Virus record (IMG/VR): IMGVR_UViG_3300034407_003088
Span: 1-64,000 of that record
From: a virus
Lineage: Duplodnaviria > Caudoviricetes
Direction: 5' to 3' (one strand)
Length of the DNA: 64,000 nucleotides
Shown here: positions 9,542-19,499 of the stretch, in pieces
Position numbering within the stretch: position 1 is the first letter of the stretch
Layout: each line of letters starts with the position of its first letter
Notes under the pieces: generated by a model
Database searches by the model: none
What the model was told of the DNA's origin: nothing
What the model saw: the letters and a program-made list of their open reading frames with translations, nothing else
Program-made: the position numbers and the translations under genes

Positions 9542-10274
9542 AAAGATTTATTCTTTCCCTTTTCATTTGACCACCTGGATTAAAGTGTGCATCTTGTCTA
9601 AGATAACTACCAAGTGCAGCTCTTCTCCATTTAGTCTTTGATTTATTGGTCTCTGAACCATGGATTACATGTGAATGTAAAAATATAACATCACCTGAAT
9701 TCATTGGTAGATATACTTTTTCATATCTATCAGTCCAAACACCATCAACCCATTCTCCTGGTATGTGACAAGGTTTACCTCGTTCATTTCTCCAATCGTC
9801 TGGATTTGTTAATAGTCTATCCTCATCAATATTGATTGGTAGACATGATTCCACTTGTGAACCAGGATAAACATATAGACATCCACTTTCTTCATCACTA
9901 TCATCAACGGCACAAGATGCATTTATAATATCACCTCGGTTTGCATGAGAGTAAAAAATGTTTTGATGAACATCTCTACCCAACTCACCTGGTGGTTTAA
10001 AGTACATCCAAGTTTGTAATCCATCTACTTTACCACCAATTAGTGTTTCAAGTATTTCTAAAGTTCGTGGGTGTCTCCACAACTTATCAAATAACTCTGA
10101 ATCTCTATGTGTATATGCATATGGTCGTGTGTTATCATCTTCTTCTGAAGTTTTCCTTAATTCAATCAATCTGTTACCTTCTTCTCTATACTCATCCATT
10201 ACTTCTGTAGGAAAAATATTTTCTACATAATAACCATTCTCTTCATAAAAAGAAAGTATTTCATTATTCGTCAT
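9534..10274 (-). CDS. PhyH-family Fe(II)/2-oxoglutarate dioxygenase
   Basis: MYFKPPG..GRDVHQN, SCAVDD, GCLYVYPGS, GDVIFLHSHVIHGS, RRA. Confidence 0.85.
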   Translation of the reverse strand: MTNNEILSFYEENGYYVENIFPTEVMDEYREEGNRLIELRKTSEEDDNTRPYAYTHRDSELFDKLWRHPRTLEILETLIGGKVDGLQTWMYFKPPGELGRDVHQNIFYSHANRGDIINASCAVDDSDEESGCLYVYPGSQVESCLPINIDEDRLLTNPDDWRNERGKPCHIPGEWVDGVWTDRYEKVYLPMNSGDVIFLHSHVIHGSETNKSKTKWRRAALGSYLRQDAHFNPGGQMKRERINLYD

Positions 10275-11214
10275 TTCCGTACTCCTGTTTATACCAATCC
10301 ATTGTCTTTCGTATTCCCTCGGACAAAGAAGTCTGTGCTTCCCATTGGTATTTATTTTTCATCTTATCAGAACTTATTTTTCTGATTGGTATCATAGATG
10401 GTTTTCCACTAATATATTCAATTGGTGCTTTGTAATCTGCAACTTTCATACAAGTAGTTAGTATTTCATTAACATTATAACTCGTGTTAGAACCAATATT
10501 AACTACTTCGTGTTTCTCTTTACAATTTTCCATTACATTAACTAAACCATCTACAAAATCTTCTATGTATATAACATCTCTCACATCTCCACCTGTTCCC
10601 CAAACTTGAATTGGATTGTGTTGGTCAATTACTTTTCTAATTGTTGCAGGTGTAACATGACATTTATCAAAGTCCCATTTATCATGAGGCCCATAACAAT
10701 TACCTGGTCTCACTACTATACAATCCATACTTGGTGATAATTGATTTGCATATAAATCACACAACACTTCACCATATCTCTTCATCCAACCTACTGCATG
10801 ATAAACTGGATAAGGTTCTTCAAATATGTTCCAAGTCTCATCAACCAACTTATCACCACTTGGTGGATATACGGTTGAACTACTAATGAAAACATATTTT
10901 TTTACTTTATTAAAGTATGCTGCTTCAATTAATTGTGTATTTACAATTACATTTGGTGTGACATGAACCAAGGGTGATTTTACGGTATCAACTGCATTTG
11001 AAGTATTGGCAGAACAATTAACTACCACATCCATACCTTCTGTGATTTCTTTACAAAATTCCATATCTCGTAAATCACCATAAAAGTATTCTACACCCTT
11101 TACCCTTTTATTATTTTTATGTATTGTTCCATATACTTCATATCCATCTTTTAATAGTCTCTCTACAAGATTATATCCTATTAGTCCTGATGTTCCTGTT
11201 ACTAAAATTTTCAT
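10264..11214 (-). CDS. NAD-dependent epimerase/reductase, GDP-fucose-synthase-like extended SDR
   Basis: ILVTGTSGLIG, FISSSTVYP, RPGNCYGPHD, VWGTGGDVRDVIYIED. Confidence 0.88.
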   Translation of the reverse strand: MKILVTGTSGLIGYNLVERLLKDGYEVYGTIHKNNKRVKGVEYFYGDLRDMEFCKEITEGMDVVVNCSANTSNAVDTVKSPLVHVTPNVIVNTQLIEAAYFNKVKKYVFISSSTVYPPSGDKLVDETWNIFEEPYPVYHAVGWMKRYGEVLCDLYANQLSPSMDCIVVRPGNCYGPHDKWDFDKCHVTPATIRKVIDQHNPIQVWGTGGDVRDVIYIEDFVDGLVNVMENCKEKHEVVNIGSNTSYNVNEILTTCMKVADYKAPIEYISGKPSMIPIRKISSDKMKNKYQWEAQTSLSEGIRKTMDWYKQEYGNDE

Positions 11215-12506
11215 ACGATTTCTTTTGCTCCTAATATTTTATTTAAGTCTTCATATACTTTTGGTGTTTGGTTTAATAGTATATCAAGTATTACATTTCT
11301 GTTATTCACAAATTTATCTTCCATACTCCAATAAATTTTGTGTAATTCTTCTTTATCAAGTTTCATCACCCTATCAATTTCCGATAAAACCATTTTTAAT
11401 CTCTTTTGTGGGTCAAGTTCTTCATCATAACTTTCATCAAATAATTCAGAAAATGTTTCAAATCCCATTTCTCTCAATTTTTTTAAACTATGTCTTTGAT
11501 TCACTATAATGAATGGATGATATGACCATAATGCATTTAAAGTTTTTTCTGTTAAGAATATTGGTAAATGATATGAATGATTGTGACCATTGAATTCCAT
11601 CTCATAATTTGTCTCACATACAACACTAAAGTATGTGTTGTTATAAAAATCATAATTAGGACTATAACGACCTTCAAAAGATTGGGAATTATCAAACTCT
11701 TCCCAATCAATTCTAATCGGTATTCTATTTAAAAATTCTTCATTATAATATTTTAATAATTGAAAATTTTTCAAAATTTGCGGATTAAAAATATCTCTAT
11801 TAACCTTTTTTAAATCATCATTAAAACTAATTAACCCTTCATTATCATATTGATTTTTAAATAAATGATTTTGAACAATAACTCTATGAGTCATTGGATT
11901 TGCCACAAGTGATAAAATTTTATTATCTCTTAATTGACGATTAGGTTTTAAGAACAATCCTTCTTTTTCATACAATCTATTATACTCTCCACCCATAGTA
12001 GTAATTTGATTATCTCTGTTTATAAATTTATTAACACCAAAATATACAAATGATAAAAAGTCATTATCATAAAGTTTAAATGGTATTTCTTCTTCAGACT
12101 TTTTCCAACTTTTGTAACTCTCTTTAACATTTAAAGTTGTTAAAAATAAATTAATTTTATCTGGATAAATTCCTACATTATCACAAAAATCAAATAAATG
12201 TTTCCATCTCATTCCAATATCACCACCCTCACCTAAACCATCTATGATTATTTTGTATTCACTATTTGCATTATCAAGTAGTTGTTTCATATTTTTAATG
12301 TTTTCTTCATTATTATCTTGTGAAAAATATTTATCCAAATCAAATAATGACATTACAAAAATATCCCAATTTTTTTCATTATAGATTTGAGAACCATCTG
12401 TATCTTCTCGTTGTTGATAATAATTTTTAATATTCATTCTTGAATCACGATTGAAAAAAATTCTAAATAAATTATCACTATATGAATCTAATATTAATAC
12501 TTTCAT
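11211..12506 (-). CDS. Uncharacterised glycosyltransferase-like protein ('TEK' family, copy 2)
   Basis: YFSVVCET...FLTEKTLN..HPFIIV...LREMGFETF..FDESYDEE. Confidence 0.6.
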   Translation of the reverse strand: MKVLILDSYSDNLFRIFFNRDSRMNIKNYYQQREDTDGSQIYNEKNWDIFVMSLFDLDKYFSQDNNEENIKNMKQLLDNANSEYKIIIDGLGEGGDIGMRWKHLFDFCDNVGIYPDKINLFLTTLNVKESYKSWKKSEEEIPFKLYDNDFLSFVYFGVNKFINRDNQITTMGGEYNRLYEKEGLFLKPNRQLRDNKILSLVANPMTHRVIVQNHLFKNQYDNEGLISFNDDLKKVNRDIFNPQILKNFQLLKYYNEEFLNRIPIRIDWEEFDNSQSFEGRYSPNYDFYNNTYFSVVCETNYEMEFNGHNHSYHLPIFLTEKTLNALWSYHPFIIVNQRHSLKKLREMGFETFSELFDESYDEELDPQKRLKMVLSEIDRVMKLDKEELHKIYWSMEDKFVNNRNVILDILLNQTPKVYEDLNKILGAKEIV

Positions 12507-12508
12507 GT

Positions 12509-13537
12509 TTATTTATTATCCAATTCTTTTATTAAACTTGATAGTCTATCTATTTGATTCCATGATAATTTTTTAGCAATATGTACATTGTGTCTTAATT
12601 TAGATTGTGTATCATCACTATAATACCAACTATGTAATTCAGTTAAACTTTTTGATGAAAGTCTTTTAACTTCCATACACGCCTTACTCCATCTTGTCTT
12701 ATCATCTTCAATTTCGTCATAAGTTTCATCAATTAAATCAAAGAAAGTTTGAAATCCAAAACTTTTTAATGTTTTTAAAAATCCTTTAGTACCCAATATT
12801 ACAAATGGTTGAAAACTCAATATAGGTTTCCAAATTTTTTCATCTAAGAAATCATCATGACTCCCACCATAATTTGGTAATGTCACAATACTAAAATATG
12901 AATCAAAATACTTCGGATAATTAATTAATGTTGGGTCTAATATAGAATGTCTTCCCCAACTTGAATCACCATCAAGATATATTGGTTCAGTATTTTTTGT
13001 ATATGAATAATACATCTTTGGAAATAAATTATTTGATTTTATAAATTTATATAAATAATCTCTATGTGGTTTTTTCTCTCTATTCAAAGATATAAAATGT
13101 TTACTTCTTAAAAAGTTTTTACCTGACATACATAGTGTTGTTGATGTATCTAAATCATTTTTTTCTATCATATGTGATAACAAATAATTAAACACATTTT
13201 CATGTTGAGTAACACCAAATTGTGGAATGTCATTTGATATAGATGGTGTTATAACATAAATTGGTCTATTATCTACAATCTCGGTTTTAGTAGGGCCCCA
13301 CCCTAATGCAGAATCATCTACTATGATTATCACAGGACACAATACATTTTTTAATTTTTTATGTAATTGGCCTTGATGATAATCTGCAGTGAGTGGTTCT
13401 CCATTTACTATCAATACATCATCTATAGTATGTTCAAAGTCAAGGTCAACAACTTCTTTGACTTTAACATCTATCCATTTTAATGTTGTTTTTAATAATT
13501 TGGGAAACATATTTCCATTATCCAATATGTAAATCAT
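12509..13537 (-). CDS. Uncharacterised glycosyltransferase-like protein ('TEK' family, copy 3)
   Basis: FISLNREKKPHR, YFSIVT, FLDEKIWKPI..QPFVILG, FGFQTF..IDETYDE. Confidence 0.6.
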   Translation of the reverse strand: MIYILDNGNMFPKLLKTTLKWIDVKVKEVVDLDFEHTIDDVLIVNGEPLTADYHQGQLHKKLKNVLCPVIIIVDDSALGWGPTKTEIVDNRPIYVITPSISNDIPQFGVTQHENVFNYLLSHMIEKNDLDTSTTLCMSGKNFLRSKHFISLNREKKPHRDYLYKFIKSNNLFPKMYYSYTKNTEPIYLDGDSSWGRHSILDPTLINYPKYFDSYFSIVTLPNYGGSHDDFLDEKIWKPILSFQPFVILGTKGFLKTLKSFGFQTFFDLIDETYDEIEDDKTRWSKACMEVKRLSSKSLTELHSWYYSDDTQSKLRHNVHIAKKLSWNQIDRLSSLIKELDNK

Positions 13538-14457
13538 TTTTGTAACTCCTCATAATACTCTATTGTTTCAGTCAATCCCATTTGTAATGTGTATTCTCTT
13601 TCAAAACCATATGTCCTCATTTTATCTGTATCCATTTGTCTTCTCATATCACCATTTGGTTTTGTCAAATCATACTCTATCTCTGTTCCAAAGTATGTCC
13701 CAATCACACTGGCAATGTCTGATATCCTAACTTCTTCACCACTACCAAGATTCACAACATCATTTATTCTATTTTGAACCATATGAATCATACCACGAGC
13801 AACATCTTTTGAATATATGAAATCTCGTATTGGTGTTCCATCTCCCCAAACATTCAACACTTTATTATGATAACCTTTTTTAATCATAGATGCAATCACG
13901 GTAGATTCATCACCAAAATTATCAAAAGGGCCATAAATGTTTGATGGTCTAACAATGGATATATTTTTATAATCATTTGTAATACTAACAGCTTCACAAC
14001 TTAACTCTCCCATTCGTTTTATGTATGCAGGGATTCTATCATTCGGACTTGGAACATTATCCCATACATCATCTTCATTATAAAATTCACTTGGTGGATA
14101 AACACCTATTGAACTTGTGTAAAGAAACCAATCAGGTTTCCATCTACCAACTGCACGAATCACATTGGTATCAAATTGTAACATTGGTAAGTAATCCTCT
14201 GGTCTTTCCTTTACTCTCAAAGGTGAACCCTTAATACCTGCCAAATGATATATGTGGTCATAATCCGCAATGATACTTGTGTTTGTAGAATGAGTCATAT
14301 CCAACCCATAATACTTCGCGTTACTTGGTAAATCATTTGGTATGTTGTAATCTTTATCAACTACACCAACCTTTTTATAAATCTTTGAACACAATTCAAC
14401 AAGTTGTCTTCCTACCATTCCTCTACCACCTATTATTAATGCTTTTTTATCTTTCAT
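13534..14457 (-). CDS. NAD-dependent epimerase/reductase, GDP-fucose-synthase-like extended SDR
   Basis: LIIGGRGMVG, YTSSIGVY, RPSNIYGPFDNF, VWGDGTPIRDFIYSKD, NLGSG. Confidence 0.88.
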   Translation of the reverse strand: MKDKKALIIGGRGMVGRQLVELCSKIYKKVGVVDKDYNIPNDLPSNAKYYGLDMTHSTNTSIIADYDHIYHLAGIKGSPLRVKERPEDYLPMLQFDTNVIRAVGRWKPDWFLYTSSIGVYPPSEFYNEDDVWDNVPSPNDRIPAYIKRMGELSCEAVSITNDYKNISIVRPSNIYGPFDNFGDESTVIASMIKKGYHNKVLNVWGDGTPIRDFIYSKDVARGMIHMVQNRINDVVNLGSGEEVRISDIASVIGTYFGTEIEYDLTKPNGDMRRQMDTDKMRTYGFEREYTLQMGLTETIEYYEELQK

Positions 14458-15194
14458 TTTATCTCCTTGAGTAGATATTCAAACCATCTTTTGTTTCCTT
14501 TATCATTTGGATGACCATCATTTTTTGCATAAAAGGATATATCTTTATCATTTAGTTCTAAGTCAATGTAATGACCACCACAAAAATCTTCCCAACTAAT
14601 ATCTACTAATTTATCATATATTTTTAATTGGTTTGGAAAATAACTTTCTGTCATTTCTTTTAATTTACCCATTGAGTTAAACATCAAATAATCTATATTT
14701 TTATTTTCAAAAATATTTTGTAATGAAAAAATATATTGATTTGTTTTTTCAACATATTCTCTTTGTGTAAATAAATTTTTAAAATAAAATTCCCAATGTT
14801 TAAATTCTTCATTCGTCCATGTTTCAGGTTTATTTTCAACCATCACACTCATAATATCAATTTTTTCCCAATCTCTTTCAGGTCTTTTGGATATTTGTTC
14901 AGGATGTAAAAATTCAAATCTTGAAGATTCTGTCCAACCTATTAAAAATAATGTTTCATTTACTTTATCTTCATTATCATTAATCCAATTTATTATTTTT
15001 CTAAAAATCATTTGATTAGAACCACCACCCTCAGATAAGTTTATATCTTGTATTTTTAGATGATTTGATAATAAAGTTGATAATCTATTATTAGATTTTG
15101 CAATACCATCATCACTTACATAATAATCTGAAGTACCATATCCTTCAGTCCAACTACACCCACAAGTTACTAAGTATTTTAAAACTTTGGCCAT
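14454..15194 (-). CDS. SGNH/GDSL-like protein (copy 2)
   Basis: LVTCGCSWTEG, NLSEGGGSNQMIFR, IGWTESSR, DGHPNDKGN. Confidence 0.7.
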   Translation of the reverse strand: MAKVLKYLVTCGCSWTEGYGTSDYYVSDDGIAKSNNRLSTLLSNHLKIQDINLSEGGGSNQMIFRKIINWINDNEDKVNETLFLIGWTESSRFEFLHPEQISKRPERDWEKIDIMSVMVENKPETWTNEEFKHWEFYFKNLFTQREYVEKTNQYIFSLQNIFENKNIDYLMFNSMGKLKEMTESYFPNQLKIYDKLVDISWEDFCGGHYIDLELNDKDISFYAKNDGHPNDKGNKRWFEYLLKEIK

Positions 15195-15850
15195 AGTTTC
15201 TCCTTAAGTTTATCAAATAAATAATTAGCCCATTTCTTATGATTGTTTGGATTTGGATGACCATTTTCTGCACCAATGTATTCTCCTGAATCAAATCTAT
15301 GTCTTCCACCACAAAAATCTTCCCAACTTAAATCAACAAAATTTTTAAAATTATTTGGAACCTCTTTTAATATACCAGAAGTAGTATCAAATAAAATGTA
15401 ATCAAGGTTTCTAATCCTAAAAAATGATTCTAATAAATGAATATCTCTAACAAACTTGTCTCTCATAATCTTTTCATTATAAAAATTTTCTACAAAATAT
15501 TTCCAATGTTTTACATAATTTAATCCATGAAGTTTTTTTTCATTTTCTATCAAATTTGGTTCTGTAAAACTCATCGGATGTCCCTTTTTCCACTCTTCTT
15601 CTTTATCATCCCATATGTCCCATCTAAAGTAACCTGCAAAACCCAAAACAAATAAATGATTTTTTGGTTCATTTTCTAATACATAATCTATTGTTTGTCT
15701 AATTACCCAATCATTTGATGCACCACCCTCTGCAACATTTAACTCTTCACACTCAAGTAAATTAGAAAGATGATAACTGAATACCTCATCTTTTTCAACC
15801 CCATGACCTTGTACCCAACTGGCACCATTTACATATATTTTATCGTACAT
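15179..15850 (-). CDS. SGNH/GDSL-like protein (copy 3)
   Basis: IYVNGASWVQG, NVAEGGASNDWVIR, NGHPNPNNH; shares DLSWEDFCGG with copy 2 (DISWEDFCGG). Confidence 0.7.
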   Translation of the reverse strand: MYDKIYVNGASWVQGHGVEKDEVFSYHLSNLLECEELNVAEGGASNDWVIRQTIDYVLENEPKNHLFVLGFAGYFRWDIWDDKEEEWKKGHPMSFTEPNLIENEKKLHGLNYVKHWKYFVENFYNEKIMRDKFVRDIHLLESFFRIRNLDYILFDTTSGILKEVPNNFKNFVDLSWEDFCGGRHRFDSGEYIGAENGHPNPNNHKKWANYLFDKLKEKLWPKF

Positions 15851-16484
15851 TTTTAATTACCCTATAAAGTTTTCTAAAAAACATATTATTTGATTTTCTA
15901 CCAGGATGTGTTTTGTTATTACCATAGTCTTCATATTCTAACTTTATATCATTATCTAAATGTTGTGAATCTTCAACTGATAACAATACACTTGGTATAT
16001 CTTTTAATAAAATTTTTGTTGACTCAATATAATTTTCACTCATACTTTTTAATTTTTCTTCACCAATTAATTTAATAAGTTTTTCCCATTTTGAACTCCA
16101 TGGGCCACCTGGTTCCTCTATAAAATCAAAACGATGATGATATGTGAAGTAAACAACTACACATTTTATATTTTTTATATTTGGTAATTCTCTCTTTAAA
16201 GTGTTATAAATATATTCATTTGAACACGAACCTTGAGATAAATTAATTAAATTACAATTCATTTTTTCTGATAATCTATGTGACCAAGTATCTTCTATAT
16301 TTAATCCTAATCCAAAAGTAAAGCTATCTCCAATCACAACTAAGTTATCATCATACCATTTATCTGTACCATCATATCTATATCCACTTTCATTAAAATG
16401 ATAATCTGTTTTATTTGATGTATCACCTGCATAATATTTAGTATGAGTATTTATTGGATGTTCTCTGTTACCTATGTATTTCAT
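15840..16484 (-). CDS. SGNH/GDSL-like protein (copy 4)
   Basis: LVVIGDSFTFG, NLSQGSCSN, KTHPGRKSN. Confidence 0.75.
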   Translation of the reverse strand: MKYIGNREHPINTHTKYYAGDTSNKTDYHFNESGYRYDGTDKWYDDNLVVIGDSFTFGLGLNIEDTWSHRLSEKMNCNLINLSQGSCSNEYIYNTLKRELPNIKNIKCVVVYFTYHHRFDFIEEPGGPWSSKWEKLIKLIGEEKLKSMSENYIESTKILLKDIPSVLLSVEDSQHLDNDIKLEYEDYGNNKTHPGRKSNNMFFRKLYRVIKNVR

Positions 16485-17287
16485 TTTTTAAATTCACTCC
16501 CAAATGCAGGTAAGTCTTTTATACTTTCATCTACTTGTGTCTCTACAGATTGTTCCTCTCCAATGGTCGTACCTTTATATCGTATACCATTATTATAGGA
16601 ATCCATATTATACCCAACCTTTGATTTTGGTTTTTTCCAATGTAACCATTTGGATTGTGGTAAGTTAAACATTACATTACCACCAAAATATTCATATACA
16701 GATTTAATAACACCCGCGTGTATATTTGGAATGATATCACCATTAATATGTTCATACCCAAACCCATCAATAGTATCCTGTTCCAAGTCTTCTTTACTAA
16801 CTTCACTAATTCTATTTAGATAATAATCACCTGAATAATCATCTCCACACATAAATCCATTTACCTTTAATTTAGGATAACCAAGTTCAATGTCTTTTTT
16901 AACTATAGAATATTCGTGTGCACCATCAATATGAAATATATCAATAGAATCGTCTTCAATATCTTTAATTAAATCATTTGAATTACCAACTCTTAAATCA
17001 ATAACTTTTTTATTATCAGGATGAATATTACTCCAAAATAATTTTTTATTTTCTTCAATATTATCTTCATCATATTTTATATCACTATCATCAGTTACAG
17101 AAATATTACCCTTAAACCAATCAATAACAATTAATTCACCATTCCAATATCTAACCATCTCTGCAATCTGATTTGTTTCATGACCATTCCATGCACCAAT
17201 CTGAACTACTCTAATGTTCTCTTTACCAAAAACATTAACTAATGATGATGTCCAATATACTTTTGTATGACCTATCATCTTACCCAC
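16481..17287 (-). CDS. Class I SAM-dependent methyltransferase (Methyltransf_24-like)
   Basis: VQIGAWNGHET, IDWF, IDIFHIDGAHEYSIVKKDI, GFMCGDDY. Confidence 0.85.
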   Translation of the reverse strand: MGKMIGHTKVYWTSSLVNVFGKENIRVVQIGAWNGHETNQIAEMVRYWNGELIVIDWFKGNISVTDDSDIKYDEDNIEENKKLFWSNIHPDNKKVIDLRVGNSNDLIKDIEDDSIDIFHIDGAHEYSIVKKDIELGYPKLKVNGFMCGDDYSGDYYLNRISEVSKEDLEQDTIDGFGYEHINGDIIPNIHAGVIKSVYEYFGGNVMFNLPQSKWLHWKKPKSKVGYNMDSYNNGIRYKGTTIGEEQSVETQVDESIKDLPAFGSEFKK

Positions 17288-18783
17288 TCGGTTAAAAACT
17301 TTAGATGATTTTCAAATACATTATGATAAAAATCATTAATAAAATATTCATGATTATACACCATTTCTTTCTTATGACTATAAGTCAATTTATGTAATTC
17401 TTCTTTTGGCATATCAGTCAATCTTTTGATATTATCATAAATCATTTTAATTCTTTTATGTCCATCTTTTTCTTCATCAAAACTATAATCAAACATCTTA
17501 TCATATATTTTAAATCCTTGTTTTTGTAACGCCCTAATACTTCCTGGTTCTGAAACAGGTATGAATGGTGTTCCAAGTGCAAGTGGTCTATAAATCTTTT
17601 CAGTAAATACAGGCCCACCAGTTATCCTATCATTCTTAAACCCACCTGAATATGTTTCTGCACATACATCAAAGTATACATTTAAATAAGAAATAGGATT
17701 ATAATAAGGCCCATATGTACTATCGTAATGTGTCAATGTTCTTTTACCTTCATCCTCTAATGCATGTTCATATGAATGTGCCAAAGTCATTCCATCTGTG
17801 ATTCTTGCAGTAGTGTAATCTAAATTATCTAAAGTATCTTCTTGTTTTAATCCTACCATATCGTGTGATAAAGGTAATACATCTCTAATTACATCAATAT
17901 ATTTTCGTTTAAAATCACTTTGGTCTTTTAAACTACTATTTGCATGACATATTTCGTAAATATTAAAAGACCTATCTGCAAAAGATGCATCTCCCATTGA
18001 TGGAAAAAATATATTACCATCCTCACCTATATCTTGAAATGAACAAAAACCTTTTTTATGAATTTCTGATTTTATTATTTCTGCCATCAATATAACTCTT
18101 GCAAGTCTTGGCATAAAATTATTAAACATAAAATGTTTTGGTCTTAAAAAATATTCTTGATTTACAATTAACCTTGACCATAAATTATCTTTTGCTAATT
18201 TTTCAAAAGATTCCCATGCATTATTCATATGTAATGGTAATACTTTTACATTTATATCTTTAGAGTATTTTTCAAATAATTCATCAACAAGTTGGTCACC
18301 ATCTGTATATAAAATTGAACTATGTGGTATTTTTTCTTTATCAAGAAAGTTAACTAATTCACCTATTGTGTCATGTACAATTCGTTCTTCAGGTGTACAA
18401 TCAAGCCATAGTTTTGCAACACCTTTTTTTAAATTCTCTACATGTTTACCATCAAGACCCTCGGTAATTAGATATTTTATTTGTCTTGTTGGGCCTGGTG
18501 ATGATGAATCTGGTTGATATTCTACATAAATCAAATAAGGTTCATTTGTATTTAAAGTATTCTCATCATGGTGAATTTTAAATTTTTCACCACCACCATC
18601 AAAATAATAAAACATTTGTGATAGTGCATTACCATATTTTTGTTCATCATCTACAGGATATAAATAATCATGGGTATCAAATTCTTCATTTAAATGTGTA
18701 CTTTTTCTTGGTGGTTTACCAGACCTAAATTCATTAAAACTAAGTTCTTGTGATGAGTATTTGAATGCTAATATATTAATCAT
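17275..18783 (-). CDS. Uncharacterised glycosyltransferase-like protein ('TEK' family, copy 4)
   Basis: FMFNNFMPRLAR, YFDVCAET, VFTEKIYRPL..GTPFI, GFKIY..FDYSFDEE. Likely start is MINILAF at 18783 (track start 18807). Confidence 0.6.
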   Translation of the reverse strand: MINILAFKYSSQELSFNEFRSGKPPRKSTHLNEEFDTHDYLYPVDDEQKYGNALSQMFYYFDGGGEKFKIHHDENTLNTNEPYLIYVEYQPDSSSPGPTRQIKYLITEGLDGKHVENLKKGVAKLWLDCTPEERIVHDTIGELVNFLDKEKIPHSSILYTDGDQLVDELFEKYSKDINVKVLPLHMNNAWESFEKLAKDNLWSRLIVNQEYFLRPKHFMFNNFMPRLARVILMAEIIKSEIHKKGFCSFQDIGEDGNIFFPSMGDASFADRSFNIYEICHANSSLKDQSDFKRKYIDVIRDVLPLSHDMVGLKQEDTLDNLDYTTARITDGMTLAHSYEHALEDEGKRTLTHYDSTYGPYYNPISYLNVYFDVCAETYSGGFKNDRITGGPVFTEKIYRPLALGTPFIPVSEPGSIRALQKQGFKIYDKMFDYSFDEEKDGHKRIKMIYDNIKRLTDMPKEELHKLTYSHKKEMVYNHEYFINDFYHNVFENHLKFLTEWVR

Positions 18784-18791
18784 AATTTTTC

Positions 18792-19499
18792 CTAAAACAT
18801 TACCCAAGTACCAGTACCATGGTGTGGATAATCACTTTTGTATTGATAATAAAAAACATCTTCAGGTACCTCTTGTTTCTTACCCCAAGTTTCTTCTGTT
18901 GGTGTATTGGTGGATAAGTTATTATCCTCAATAACAAACTCTATTGGTAAATTATTATTACGAGAGTATTTATAAACTTCATGAAATATACCACTTTCAA
19001 ATGTCATATCACCAATGAAACACCATACCTTTGGTAATTTATCCTCTATAGTTTTTTCATTTTTGAGTTTTATAGATTTTGCAACTCCTAATGCTATTGG
19101 TAATCCACCACCCACAATAGAAGTTGAGTAAAACTTTCTCTGATAATTAAGTGGTGGTTGTGTTTCATCTTCACTATAGAAATGATTTACACTCATACTC
19201 TTACCATGTACAATATCACCCATTAAAGTATTACTATCAATACCATGAAGTAGTGCATGATAATGATTTCTCCAACTACTAAATACCCAATCTCTGTCAC
19301 TTACATACTGAAATATTTCAATCAGTTGTTCTTCGTTATTTGAACTTAAATGTACAGGTGCTTTAATTTCACCATCATTATATTTTTGCTTGACTTCTTT
19401 CTCAAAGTTTATTAAATTATCTTTGGTTAAAGTTACCTCTCTAACCTTTCCACCCTCTATAATATGTTTAGGTATCTGTACCATTTTTATCCCTCTCAC
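18792..19499 (-). CDS. ThDP-dependent dehydrogenase E1-alpha-like subunit (short form)
   Basis: VHLS..NEE, SWRNHYHALLHG, SIVGGGLPIALG, and the ThDP-binding GD...EDN motif (FIGDMTFESG...VIEDNNLS). Confidence 0.85.
   Translation of the reverse strand: MRGIKMVQIPKHIIEGGKVREVTLTKDNLINFEKEVKQKYNDGEIKAPVHLSSNNEEQLIEIFQYVSDRDWVFSSWRNHYHALLHGIDSNTLMGDIVHGKSMSVNHFYSEDETQPPLNYQRKFYSTSIVGGGLPIALGVAKSIKLKNEKTIEDKLPKVWCFIGDMTFESGIFHEVYKYSRNNNLPIEFVIEDNNLSTNTPTEETWGKKQEVPEDVFYYQYKSDYPHHGTGTWVMF

Noticed and set aside
8201-19499. E1 alpha/beta as pyruvate dehydrogenase AMGs for energy metabolism
   Set aside because: Both are truncated relative to PDH E1, there are no E2/E3 partners in the window, and they are embedded among NDP-sugar genes.
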